Below the pieces are notes generated by a model. That model saw only the letters and a program-made list of their open reading frames with translations. It was not told the origin of the DNA and made no database searches. This document shows, in pieces, positions 1 to 12,900 of a stretch of 64,000 nucleotides of DNA. The DNA is from Heterodontus francisci (lineage: Eukaryota): contig NC_090403.1 in the NCBI RefSeq assembly GCF_036365525.1, positions 51,399,095 to 51,463,094 of the forward strand, in the 5' to 3' direction. Position 1 is the first letter of the stretch. Every line of letters starts with the position of its first letter. Made by a program: the position numbers and the translations under genes.

Positions 1-428
1 TTGTTTTACTGGAGTTTAGAAGAGTGAGGGGAGACTGGATTGAATTATATAAGATCCCGAATGGTCTTGACAAGGTGGATGTGGAAAGGATGTTTCCTCT
101 TGTGGGGAAGTCTAGAACTAGGGGGCACTGTTTTAAAATAAGGGGTCACCCTTTTAGGACAGAGATGATGAAATTTTTTTTTTATCTCAGAAGGTTGTGT
201 GACTTTGGAACTCTCTGCCTCAGAATGTGGTGGAGGCGGGGTCATTGAATAGTTTTAAGGCTGGGGTAAATAGATTCTTGTTAGGCAAGGGAACCAAAGG
301 TTATCAGGGGTTGATGGGAGTGTGAAATTCAAAACACAAACAGATCAGCCATGATCTTATTGAATGGCGGAGCAGGCTAGAGGGACCAAATGGCCTACTT
401 CTGCTTCTAATTCGTATGTTTGTATGTT
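1..428 (+). mobile_element. CR1 3' fragment
   Basis: ORF2 C-terminus (SRTRGHCFKIRG), then gatcagccatgatcttattgaatggcggagcagg tail and tatgtt repeats. Confidence 0.9.
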
Positions 429-752
429 CCTGATTAACTTTTAATAAAAGAAGGACTTAGGAAGAAAGATTTATATAGCATCTTTCATGATCTCAGGACC
501 TCTCAAAGCCCCTAACAGCCAACATAATACTTTTGAAGTGTTGTAATATAGGAAACACAGAACCAATTTGCACATAGTAAGCTCCCATTAATGATCAGAT
601 ACTCTGTTTTAGTGATGTTAAAGGATAAATATTGGCCAGGGCACAAGGAAGAACTCCTCTGCTCTTCTTTGAATCATGCCATGGGTGATATGTGTTCCTG
701 TGATGTGTGCAGCAGAATCAAATAGCTCCATTGCTTTTGGGGTCTTTAAGAG

Positions 753-1215
753 CATCAGTCGTGGCTCAATTGGCAGCACACTTGCCGCCGAGTTAGAAAG
801 TTGTTGTTTCAATTTCCAATCCAGAAACTTGAGCATAAAAGGTCTCGGCTGACACTTCAGTGCAATACTGAGGGAGCACTGCACTGTCAGAGATGCCATC
901 TTTCAGATGAGACATTAAACTGAGGCCCCATCTGCCCTCTCAGGTGGACTAAAAGAGTCAATGGCACTACTTCAAAGAAGAGCAGGGGTGTTATACCTGG
1001 TGTCCTGGCCAATATTTAGCCTCCAATCAACATCACTAAAACAAATTTTAAAGACAGATTATCCAGTCATTATCACATTCCTGTTTGTGAGAGCTGGCTG
1101 TGTGCAAATTTGCTGCCACATTTTTTACTTTGCAACACTCTGAAACTACTTCTTTGGAATATAGTGCAATGGGACATCCTGAGGTCTTAAAAGGTGGCCT
1201 ATAAATGCAAGTCCT
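753..1215 (+). mobile_element. Deu-domain tRNA SINE (SacSINE1-like)
   Basis: tRNA-like head, Deu-type core atggcacta..gaagagcaggg..ggtgtcctggccaa, tail ctataaatgcaagtc. A partial opposite-strand copy lies at about 460-700. Confidence 0.8.
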
Positions 1216-1761
1216 ATTTTTAATGAACTCAAGACGACTAACTGTTTTTCTCACTGAAAGTGTTAAAATTTGGAAAATTTGCTGAGCCAAGTTGTATGTC
1301 CCAGTCATGGTTGAAAATGTGTTGCTGCAGCGTGTCAATTTTTGTTTGCAGAGGAAATAACAAACATCTTACAGATAATGCATATTGTTTCAAATCTTTT
1401 TATGCTCATCAAGGTAAGTGATGTTAGGTATTTAGGAATTGCAGGACAGAAAAAGATTAAGGTCCATGTAGTTTCCCTTGGACCATCCTGGTTGTCACAT
1501 GATGCAATAATAATAGATTTGTTGACTAATCATAGCAATCAATCTCTAACCATTAGTCTACTACAGACCCCGAGAAGCCAGAGAATAAACTCTTGTCTCT
1601 TTAGGCATGAATTAGGTGTAGCACAGCCTGATGTAGAATAATGCTCCTTCTACACAACCTCAACATCGGAGATGCATCCCTGCTGTGATATCTTTGTCAT
1701 TTACTAAACCAGTCTCTCTGAGTAAGACTGGCAGCTAGGGCTGAATTTGGGACAGTTGGTG

Positions 1762-2642
1762 TATCTTCTGGGCAACCTGCCTTCCCACAGCCAATTGGAA
1801 AGCGAATAGACTCTTTGCTACTCGATTGGATTAATCTTGACTGTCAGTCAAATGACTCTTTCTCCTCAATCCAATACTTTTATAATTAATAAATGACAAT
1901 CCCAGATTGAGATTGCCCAATATCATTTCATATTGTACCCTCACAACCAGCAAATAAGACTTATCACCCATTCAGTCGAAGGTTGAATTTAAACCAATTA
2001 GCCACCTAACCAATTACACCATCAGCTTTCCTGATAGTTGTTTTAGCAATTATAAATGGGAGGGGGTAGATTTTAATTTTCGGGTGGGAGGTGATATGTG
2101 GAGCAGACACCTGCTGTACACTCTGAGCGACTTTCCTTTTTATTGACTTTGGTGCAAACGTTAAAATTACCGCAAGGAGTCCAGAGCTTCTAATAACGAA
2201 AGCAGTCCAGAAATAACCTAAAGACACTTATCTTTATATATCTGTGTCTGTAAATAAAACACTGATTGACTTCCCAATTCCTCGCAACTCTTGATGTCTA
2301 TTTTGGATATCATTATTTGCACCAAGTATTCTGTGCAGTCAAAAGCTAGCAAAGTTCAGGATGTACTGTACATTTTGGGTTGTCAAACTTCCAGGATTGC
2401 TCTGGATTCTCCTGGAATTGAAGATCAATCTCTTGGATACTGCTTTAAGCAAATCCCCAGGAGAAGAATCATACGGGCATGAAAAATAAATGTATTTTTG
2501 AGCGCTGTCAGTTATTAATTATAAAAGTATTGGATTGAGGAGAAAGAGTCATTTGACTGACAGTCAAGATTAATCCAATCGAGTAGCAAAGAGTCTATTC
2601 GCTTTCCAATTGGCTGTGGGAAGGCAGGTTGCCCGGAGGATA
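1762..2642. repeat. 131-bp inverted repeat (1762-1892 / 2512-2642)
   Basis: Manual alignment gives 129/131 identity. Confidence 0.95.
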
Positions 2643-2733
2643 GACCAATGGCAGGTGTGTGGGGGTGGGGTAGTTTATGGTGGGAGACCATGTGATGAAA
2701 ACTCCAGGAATACACCCAACTAGAGTTGCAAAC
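2377..2733. mobile_element. MITE with GGGTTGCCAAC-type TIRs (hAT-like)
   Basis: Ends gggttgtcaaac and agagttgcaaact; homologous in reverse to 54487-54871. Confidence 0.6.
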
Positions 2734-4743
2734 TTTGCCCGCAGGTGTGGTTTAGGGGGGGATCACCCTCCACCTTTCCCAGATATCCTGGAAATGTGAG
2801 ACTGAAGCTAAAGTCCTGTTATGAAGGCCTTCACTCATTTTCCTACTTCATTCGACCCCACAAGCAGGTCACAACTAACGCAAAGAAAAGCCTCTATAAT
2901 TCCAATTTGACTTCAGAAGACAGTGGTGTGAGAACACTTGGGAGAATTGTTTGCATCACTTGATAGGTGCAGTGGTAAGTTAGGCTTTAAAAATTGCTTA
3001 GGTTGTTCATTAGCCCTTTTGGGCGCATTTTAAATTTGCTGCTGTACTTGCTCAAGTGAGGTGCTGGTAAATCGTGGCGTTGTCTACAGTCAGTTGATGC
3101 AGATAAGCTTTATTTTATTTTAATATATACAAGATAATGACAGACTTTAGAGATTCATTTAAGGCCATCTAGTGGTCAGAGCCTGCTACTAATTTGAGGT
3201 AGCAAAATTGATTGGGAACTGTTGACATAGCAATTTACAATAGCAAATATTAACTCTAAAATGTGACCAATAATTGTGAAAACAGGAAGTAAGGTTTGTA
3301 CATGTGGTATGAACGATAGTATGTAGATTTGAAATTTACTGGTTGTGAGCAGAGCTTTGAACCTGTCTGCAAACATTTCTCCCGAATTGGAGATTGCAAT
3401 TTGTAACCAAGCAAATCATACTCCGCGCCTATCAGTCACTGATTTGTAGCACAATGTAACTGCAGCTTGAGCTTTACCACTGAATCTTACAGCACAGAAT
3501 GAGGCCATTCAGCCCATTGTACTTGCGAAAGCTCTTTGAAAGAGCAATCTGATTAGTCCCACTCGCCCTGTTGTTTGCCCACAGCCATGCAAACATTTTC
3601 CTTTTCAAGTATTTATCCAATTCCCTTTAGAAAGTTACCAGATTTCACCACCCTTGCCAGCAGTGCATCAGTGCGTCAAAAAACATTCTGCTCGTCTCCT
3701 GTCTCATTCTTTTGTCAATCTTGTGCAGTGTACGATTATGCAATACTCTCCAGTGTCTGTTACCCACGTGGTAAACTAGCATTTGGTAGCACTGTTGCTT
3801 CTGAATTAGAGTCATAGAGTTATAAAGCACAGAAACAAGCCCTTTGGCCCATCGTGTCCATGCTGGCGATCAAGCACCTATCTATTCTAATCCCATTTTC
3901 CAGCACTTGGCCCGTAGCCTTGTATGCTATGGCATTTCAAGTGCTCATCTAAATACTTCTTAAATGTTGTGAGGGTTCATCAGTTCAATCTTCACCCAGG
4001 ACTTGAGCACATAATCTTGGCTGATACTTCCAGTGTACTACTGAGGGAGCACTGTATTGTTGGCGGTGCCATCTTTCAGATGAGATGCTAAAGAAGGCCT
4101 CAGCTGCATGTACAATAGCAAAATATTGCGGATGCTGGAAATCTGTAATAAAAATGGAAATACTGGAAATATTTAGTAGGTCAGGCAGCATCTGTGGAGA
4201 GAGAAACAGAGTGAATGTTTCAGGTCTGTGACTTCTTGTCACCAACAAGAAATGGATTATCTGGTAATTAGTTGTGGGGCATTGCTCTACACAAATTGTC
4301 TGCTACTTATGTCCACATAAAAACATTGACTACACATCAGAAGTGGTTCTTTGATTAAGAAGCATTTGAAACATCCTAAGGATGTGGAAGTGCCTTTTTA
4401 TAAATGCTAATTCTTTCTTTCTTTATTTCAATGTGCTGTTATTCTGACTGTAATTTATTGCAGCCCCTTTTGTCTTGTACATGAAACTCTTTAACCAGTG
4501 TGTTTCTACTGTGAAACCTATTGCAGTCTGTGTATTGTCCTGTATGTGACATTTTCTATCCTATGTGATATCCTGAATGCAACCTAATCCTGTGGATGAT
4601 GCGTCCCAATCTGTTATCTTGCATGCAACATTCGGGAGCTTCTGCATTGTTCTGTGTGGAATACATGTGCCATTGATTTTGAATAATAAAGTCTCTTAAA
4701 AGCAGTTTTTCTTTGACTGAAACATGTACTATTTTCTTTTCTA

Positions 4744-5190
4744 TCAGCTGTAGCTCAGTGCCTGTGAGTCAGAAGGTTGTGGGTTCAAGTCCCACTCCAG
4801 GCACTTGAGCATAAAATCTAGGCTGAAACTCCAGGCTGTGACTGAGTGACTGCTAGAATTGTCACAGGTACCGTCTGTCAGATGAGTTGTGAAACTGAGA
4901 CTTTGTTTGCTCTCCCACCTGGGCAAAGACATCTCATGGGACTATTTTGAGAAAGAGCAGGCGAGTTTTTCCCAGTGTCCTGATCAATATCTATCGCAGA
5001 ACCAGCATCACAAAAACGGATTGTCTGGTCAGTTATTTCATTACTGTTTGTGGGAGCTTGCTGCATGCAAATTGACTGCCTACATTACCACAGCGACTAC
5101 ACTGCAAAATTAATTAATTGGCTGTAAATCAATTTGGGATATCCTGAGGTAATGAAAAGTGCTTTATAAATGCAAAGTCTGTCTTATTTT
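4744..5190 (+). mobile_element. Deu-domain SINE
   Basis: Head tcagctgtagctcag...ggttcaagtccc (B box), Deu core, tail tataaatgcaaagtc. Confidence 0.85.
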
Positions 5191-6132
5191 CTATGTACTT
5201 CTGTGCATTACGATCCCCAAACTGTTATCTTGCACATGACAGTCTCCAGCTAGTATATTATTCTGTGTGGACTACATGGACCGTTGATTTGAATAATAGT
5301 CTCTTAAAGAAGATTTTCTTTGATCAAAACATGTATTTCTATTTTGCTTTCTAACATTGATATATAAAGCATAGTTGAGCAAAAAGAAAATGCTTACTGT
5401 TATTTTTACAATGAGCAAAAATATAACTACAAATTCTTTTTACTGTGATCTGTTCTTTCATCGTATGATAAATTTCAACACAATTTAATCCTGACAAGTC
5501 TGTAACTGCTCTCCTTTGCCTCGATGCTTTATGCTTTGGGGATTACTGCTGGATTGAGACTTCTGTACAAGAGGCGTGAGCAGCAGCAATACATTTGAAT
5601 TATGTGTCAGGATCTAGTCTGGATTTATCTGTACTTGATTGTGTTTGTCGAGTGATTTATTGGAGGTGTTAGGATGTCAAAACACTGATTATGAGAGCTC
5701 AGATGGAGACAGTGTCTGAGATGTGTCTCAAATGGGGTTTATAGCAACATTAACCCACCAGAGCTGAAACCGTACACTGAGGTTTGAACACGTAAATTGA
5801 AAACAGCATGGAATTATTGTAATAAACTAAAGATTGGCTTGCATCTAAGGCAGCACAAATGCAGCATATTTGATTTTGTGCCAATGATCCTTTACATTAT
5901 GAGCTCCTGATTCACCTATGTCATTGGTGTGTGTCTTTGTGTTTCTATTTCTCTAAATGAGGGTCACCAGAATTGGACAGGTCATTCTGCACATGTGTAT
6001 GTATGTGAAATTGTGCTGAAATTGGAAGAACAATGGGATTGGTAAACCCGTTAGCAAGCACACCTTCTTTTTCACACTCCTTTCAGTGCTTTCCAGAGGG
6101 ATCACTCAAAATGAGAAAATGATGGGAACACA

Positions 6133-6566
6133 TTGACTGGAGATAGATTGGAGAAGCTGGGACTGTTTTCCTTGGAGAAGAGAAGGCTGAGTGGAGATTT
6201 GAGAGAGGTACTGAGTGGCCTGGACAGAGTAGATAGGGAGAAACTGTTGCCATCCGTGAAAAGATTGAGAACGAGAGGGCACAGATTTAAAGTAATTGGT
6301 AAAAGAAGCAAAAGTGATATGAGGAAAAACTTTTTCATGCAGTGAGTGGTTAGGGTCTGGAATTCTCTGCCTGAGAGTGTGGTGGAGGCAGGTTCAGCTG
6401 AAGCATACAAAGGGAATTAGACAGTTATATGCAAGGAAGAATGTGCAGGGTTATGGGGAGAAGGCCAGGGAATGGCACTAAGTGAATTGCTTATTTGGAG
6501 AGCCAGTGTAGACACAATGGGCCCAATGGCGGCCTCCTGCACTGTAACAGTTCTGTGGTTCTGTGA
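6133..6566 (+). mobile_element. CR1 3' fragment
   Basis: RLEKLGLFSLEKRRLSGDL...TRGHRFK C-terminus and CR1-type tail. Confidence 0.85.
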
Positions 6567-8369
6567 CATAGCAGATCAGTCAGCTTCTGAAAAACATCTA
6601 CTGACAGAATTTTGATGAAAAGTCCCACCCTTACTGTTAACTTGTCTCTTCTATTTGTTTCAGAATGTTTAGGACCATTATTTGTTTTAAGTAATAACAG
6701 AAAGAGAGGAAAAAAGCATTCAGATCTAACGTCAAAGAAAAACCTTGGTGGAACTCTGACAGTATTTGGATGATTAGCAGTGACTGGTAAAAAGCATCAG
6801 CTTAGTTCCTGTTACTGTTTTGTCAAACACGCTGTGAAAGCTGAAACACTGACAGCTTTTATTTGTGGTTCCCATAGATGGTACTGGCGAACGAAGGGGA
6901 GAACATATGAAGCTGACTGCATAGCTAATTGTACACCAAGCCCAGAGTGTTCTGAAATGAAACGAGTAACATGAGATACTCAAAACTTAAACTGGACTTT
7001 GAATTCTTTCTGTCCACTTCTCGCTCAGCTGCTGCTGCCCAAACCTAGAACCACAATATCAAAAAAGATATAATCGCTGTGTATTGTAAATATAGCTAAC
7101 CTTGTTAGAATTAATACAAGAACATAGGAACAGGAGGAGGACGTTCAACCCTCCAGCCTCTTCCGCTATTCAATGAGGTCTGAAAGGGGACTGGAGAATG
7201 CGACCAACGATCCTGCTATCCCTCACATAATTGTGATAACTTATCAAACTTGGGTAATTATATTTAAATTAATATAATCGTGGTAACTTAGAAACAGGAT
7301 GCATGTGATTGGCAAGAAAGTGAGGAAAACGACTCCTTATATGGAAGGCAGTGGAGAAAATGGGTCTAAAAATATGGACTAAAGGCCACATGGTGTAGCA
7401 TGAGAAAAAAAGAACAGGAGCCAAGTTCTCCACTGGATCGGATGCTATCGCTTTCTCGTTTTTTCTTAGCTGTTGCTTAAATATGTTGTATTTTGTGATT
7501 CAATAAACTATATTTGTTATCCACAAACCAGTTAGTCTCTTCCCTCCGCCCTCCCTCTCCAACCCAGATTTTCTTACGACATCCAATACAATGCCTTCTT
7601 TCTTAAGCAGTGCAGAAAAAAATTCTTTCTGTTTAATAATTCTTTAAGTCAGAGGAACAGGAGGAGGCCATTCAGCTCATCAGGCATGTTCTGCCATTCG
7701 ATTAGGTCATGGCTTATCTGTAGCGTAACCCAATCCACCCACCTTTGTTCCATAGCCCTTAATATCCTTGCCTAACAAGCATCTAGCAATCTTAGTTTTG
7801 AAATTTTCAGTTGTATCCCAGCCTCAACAGCTGTTTGGGGTGAGAGAGTTGCAGATTTTCACTACCCTCTGTGTGAAGAAGTGCTTCCTGGTTTTACCTC
7901 TGAATAGCTTGGCTTTGACCTTTAAGATTATGCTTCCTTGTTCTGGATTCTCCCATCAGTGGAAACTGTTTCTTTGCATCCTCTTTATCAAAATCCCTTT
8001 ATCATTTTAAACATCTCAATAGCATCATCCCTCAATCTTCTAAACTCAAAGGAATACAAGTCAAGCTTATGCAACAAATAAAGTTAAAAGCCGCAGTGCC
8101 CACATTATATTTTTTGAGTGTGTTGGATGGTGTGACAGCAGGATGTAACAGAAACAATTGCAACAACAGTTTAGATTTTTTTTTCTTGTTTTCCTGTAGA
8201 GATAGTGGATGTTTGAAACTGAATGCCAACAATAACAGTAAATTTGATCCCTCCTTATGTATTTTTGTTCAAGTTTAATCACCAGTCATTGCAAGGAAGT
8301 GAAAACACTGTATTCTTAATAACCTTGATGTTGCACCATGTGGTGGACTAGCAGGTTTTTTTAAATTCA

Positions 8370-11300
8370 TGAAATGTGATAATTCCACATTGCCTTTGAG
8401 AAGGTGGTAGGAACTACTTTCTTGAATCGCTGCAGTCCATGTGGTAAAGGTACACTCACAAGTGCCGTTGTCGTCTCTGGTGCCTGGGTTGATGCTGGGA
8501 GGTCCGTCTGGTTTTATTCTTATTGGACTTTTTCCTGTAGTGGTTTGGATACAACTGATGGCTTGCTAGGTCACTTCAGAGAGCAATTAAGAGTCAACCA
8601 CATTGCTGTGGATCTAGAAACATAAAAACATAGAAAATAGGAGCAGGAGTAGGCCATTTGGACCTTCGAGCCTGCCCCGCCATTCATTATGATCATGGCT
8701 GATCATCCAACTCAGTAGCCTGTTCCGGCTTTCGCCCCATACCCTTTGATCCCTTTAGACCCAAGAGCTATATCTAACTCCTTTTTGAAAACCTACAATG
8801 TTTTGGCCTCAACTGCATTCTGTGGTAGCAAATTCCACAGGTTCACCACTCTCTCAGTGAAGAAATTTCTCCTCATCTCAGTCCTGAAAGGTTTAACCCA
8901 TATCCTTAGACTATGACCCCTGGTTCTGGACACCCCCACCATCAGGAACATCCTTCCTGCATCTATGCTGTCAAGTCCTGTTAGATTTTTATAGGTTCCT
9001 ATGAGATCCCCCCTCACTCTTCTGAACTCCAGCAAATATAATCCTAACCGACTCAATCTCTCCTCATATGTCAGTCCCGCCATCCCAAGAATCAGTCTGG
9101 TAAACCTTTGCTGCACTCCCTCTATAGCAAGAACATCCTTCCTCAGATAAGGGGACCAAAACTGCACACAATATTCCAGGTGTGGCCTCACCAACGCCCT
9201 GTATAATTGCAGCAAGATATCCCTGCTCCTGTACTCGAATCCTCTCGCTATGAAAGCCAACATACCATTTGCCTTTTTTACTGCCTGTTGAACCTGCATG
9301 CTTACCTTCAGCGACTGGTGTACGAGAACACCCAGGTCTTGTTGCATATTCCCCTCTCTCAGTTTATAGCCGTTCAGATAATAATCTGCCTTCCTGTTTT
9401 TGCTATTAAAGTGGATAACCTCACATTTATCCACATTATACTGCATCTGCTATGCATTAGCCCACTCATGCAACTTGTCCAAATCACCCTGAAGCCTCTC
9501 TGCATCCTCCTCACAACTCACCCTCCCACCCAGTTTTGTGTCATCTGCAAATTTGGCGATATTACATTTAGTTCCCTCATCTAAATCATTAATGTATATT
9601 GTGGATAGCTGGAGTCCTAGCACCGATCCCTGCGGTACCCCACTAGTCACTGCCTGCCATTCAGAAAAAGACCCATTTATCCCTACTCTTTGTTTCCTGT
9701 CTGCCAACCAATTTTCTATCCATCGCAATACACTACCCCAATCCTATGCGCTTTAATTTTATACGCTAATCTCTTATGTGGGACTTTGTCGAAAGCTTTC
9801 TGAAAGTCCAAATAAACCACATCCACTGGCTCCCCCTCGTCAACTCTACTAGTTACATCCTCGAAGAATTCTAGTAGATTTGTTAAGCATGATTTCCCTT
9901 TCATAAATCCATGCTGACTGCCCGATTCTACCACTGTTCGCTAAGTGCTCTGCTATAAAATCTTTGATAATGGACTTTAGAATTTTACCCACTACCGATG
10001 TCAGGCTTAATGGTCTATAATTTCCTGCTTTCTCTCTACCTCCCTTTTTAAATAGTGTGGTTACATTAGCTACCCTCCAATCTGTAGGAACTGTTCCAGA
10101 GTCTACAGAATCTTGGAAGATGACCACCAATGCATCTGCTATTTCTAGGGCCGCTTCTTTAAGTACTCTGGGATGCAGACCATCAGGCCCTGGGGATTTA
10201 TCAACCTTCAATCCCATCAATTTCCCCAACACCATTTCTCTACTAATACTGATTTCCTTCAGTTCCTCTCTCTCACTAAGCCATGTGTTCCCTAACATTT
10301 CTGGTATGGTATTTGTGTCCTCCTTTGTGAAGACAGAACCAAAGTATGCATTTAGTTGGTCAGCCATTTCTTTGTTCCCCATAATAAATTCCCCTGTTTC
10401 TGACTGTAAGGGACCTCCATTTGTCTTCACCAATCTTTTTCTCTTCACATACCTATAGAAACTTTTACAGTCAGTTTTTATGTTCCCTGCAAGCTTGCTC
10501 TCGTACTCTATTTTCCCCTTCTTAATCAATCCCTTGGTCCTCCTTTGCTGAATTCTAAACTGCTCCCAATCCTCAGGTTTGTTGTTTTTCCTGGCAAACT
10601 TTTATGCCTCTTTCTTGGATCTAATGCTATCTCTAATTTCCCTTGTAAGCCATGGTTTGGCTACCTTTCCCGTTTTACTTTTGCGCCAAACAGGGATAAA
10701 CAATTGTTGCAGCTCATCCATGCGTTCTTTAAATATTTGCCATTGCCTATCCCTTTAAATAACGTTTCCCAATCCGTCATGGCCAACTCGCGCCTCATAC
10801 CTTCATATTTTCCTTTACTAAGATTCAGGACCCTTGTCTCAGAATCAACTACGTCACTCTCCATCTTGATGAAGAATTCTATCATATTATGGTTGCTCGT
10901 CCCCAAGGGATCTCGCACCACTAGATTGTCAATTATTCCTCTCTCATTACACAATACCCAGTCTAGGATGGCTTGTTCTCTAGTTGGTTCCTCAACGTAT
11001 TGGTCCAGAAAACCATCTCGTATACACTCCAAGAATTTCTCCTCTACGGTATTGTGACTAATTTGATTTGCCTAATCTATATGCAGATTAAAGTCACCCA
11101 TAATTACAGATGTTCCTTTATCGCATGCATCTCTAATTTCCTGTCTAATGCCATTCCCAACATCACCACTAGAGTTTGGGGGTCTATATATAACCCCCGC
11201 TAATGTTTTTTGCCCCTTAGTGTTTCTCAGCTCTACCCATACGGATTCCGCATCGTCAGAGCTAATATCTTTCCTCACTATTACGTTAATTTCCTCTTTA

Positions 11301-12900
11301 ACCAGCAATGCAACTCCACCGCCTTTTGCTTTTTGTCTATCCTTCCTAAATACTGAATATCCCTGGATGTTCATTTCCCTTCCCTGGTCACCTTGCAGCC
11401 ATGTCTCCGTAATCCCGACTAAATCATACCCGTTTACATCTATTTGCGCGATTAATTCATCCACTTTATTGCGAATGCTCCGCGCGTTAAGGCACAAAGC
11501 CATAACATTACTTGTCCCCTTCTCACTATTTTTCACTGTGGCCCTGTTTGATTCTGGCCCTTGATTTCTCTGCCTATCACTTTTCTTATTCCTCTTATTG
11601 TCTTTTGTTCTTGTCTTTGATCCCCCCTCCTCTGACACCTTGCAAAGGTTCCCAACCCCCTGCCATTTTAGTTTAAACCCTCCACAACCACTCTAGCAAA
11701 TACTCCCCCATTACATCAGTCCCAGTCCTGCCCATGTGTAACCCGTCCAGTTTGTACTGGTCCCACCTCCCCCAGAACCAGGCCCAATGCCCCAGGAATC
11801 TAAAACCCTCCCCCTCAACATCTCTTCAGCCACGTATTCATCCGATATATTCTGCTATTTCTCCTCTGACTAGCATGTGGCACTGGTAGTAATCCTGAGA
11901 TCACTACCTTTTGAGGTCCTACTTTTCAACTTACTTCATAGCTCCCTATATTCTACTTTTAGGACCTCATCCTTTTTTTTTAACCTATGTCGTTTGTGCC
12001 AATGTGTACCACAACCACTGGCTGTTCACCCTCCCCCTGAAGAATGTCCTGTAACTGCTCTGAGACATCCTTGACCCTAGCACCAGGGAAGCAACATACC
12101 ATCCTGGAGTCTCATTTGCAGCCACAGAAACGCCTATCTATTCCCCTTACAATTGAATCCCCTGTAACTATTGCATTCCCAAACTTTTTACTCCTTCCCT
12201 GTGCAGCAGAGCCAACCGTGGTGCAATGAATTGGGCTCTTGCTGCTTTCCCCTTGAGAGGCCATTCCCCCCAACAGTATCCAAAGCAGTATACCTGTATT
12301 GCTGGGGATTAGCCACAGGATACTCCTGAACTGCCTGTCTAGTCCTCTTGCTCTGCCTGGTGGTCACCCATTCCCCTCCTGCCTGTGGGGTCTGAACCTG
12401 CGGTGTGACCACCTCTCTATACGTGCTATCCACGATACTATTTGCCTTGTGGATGCTCCACAGTGTCCCCAGCTGCTGGTCCAGCTCCGAAACCCAGGCT
12501 TCCAGGAGCTGCAGCTGGAGACACTTCCTGCACACATGCTGGTCCCGGGCACTGGAAATGTTCCCGGCTTCCGACGTGGAGCACGAGGAGCACACCACAG
12601 CTTTGAGCTCTCCTGCCATGACTTAACCAATTAAATTAAACCTTCTGGAAGTCACATGTAGGCCAGACCAGGTAAGGACAGCAGATTTCCTTCCCTAAAG
12701 GGAAGAGATGGGTTTATAAAACAATCCAGTAGTTTTCTGGTCACCATTACTGTTGCCAGCTTTTTAATTCCAGATTCATTTAATTACTTGAATTTAATTT
12801 CCCTGGTTGCCGTGGTGAGGTTTGAACTCTTATCTCTGGATCATTAGGTCAAGGCCTCTGGATTACTCATACAGTAATATAACCATGATGCTACCGTACC
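8370..12900 (-). mobile_element. tRNA-derived SINE (8370-8619 plus 12644-12900) split by the CR1
   Basis: The two flanks join into the reverse complement of the SINE at 34395-34795 (ccacattgctgtgg..tctggaa gtcacatgtaggccagaccagg). Confidence 0.75.
8620..12643 (-). mobile_element. Near-full-length decayed CR1 LINE (second family)
   Basis: ORF1 remnant from 12619 (CSSC...CRKC); ORF2 split over 11638-8793 with NARS, ITETW, GDFN, DFQKAFD, FADD. TSD-like tctagaa (8613-8619) / tctggaa (12644-12650). Interrupts a SINE. Confidence 0.94.

Noticed and set aside
2171-2217. 47-nt AG..GT exon-like segment on the minus strand
   Set aside because: No recognisable peptide or partner exons; could be chance.
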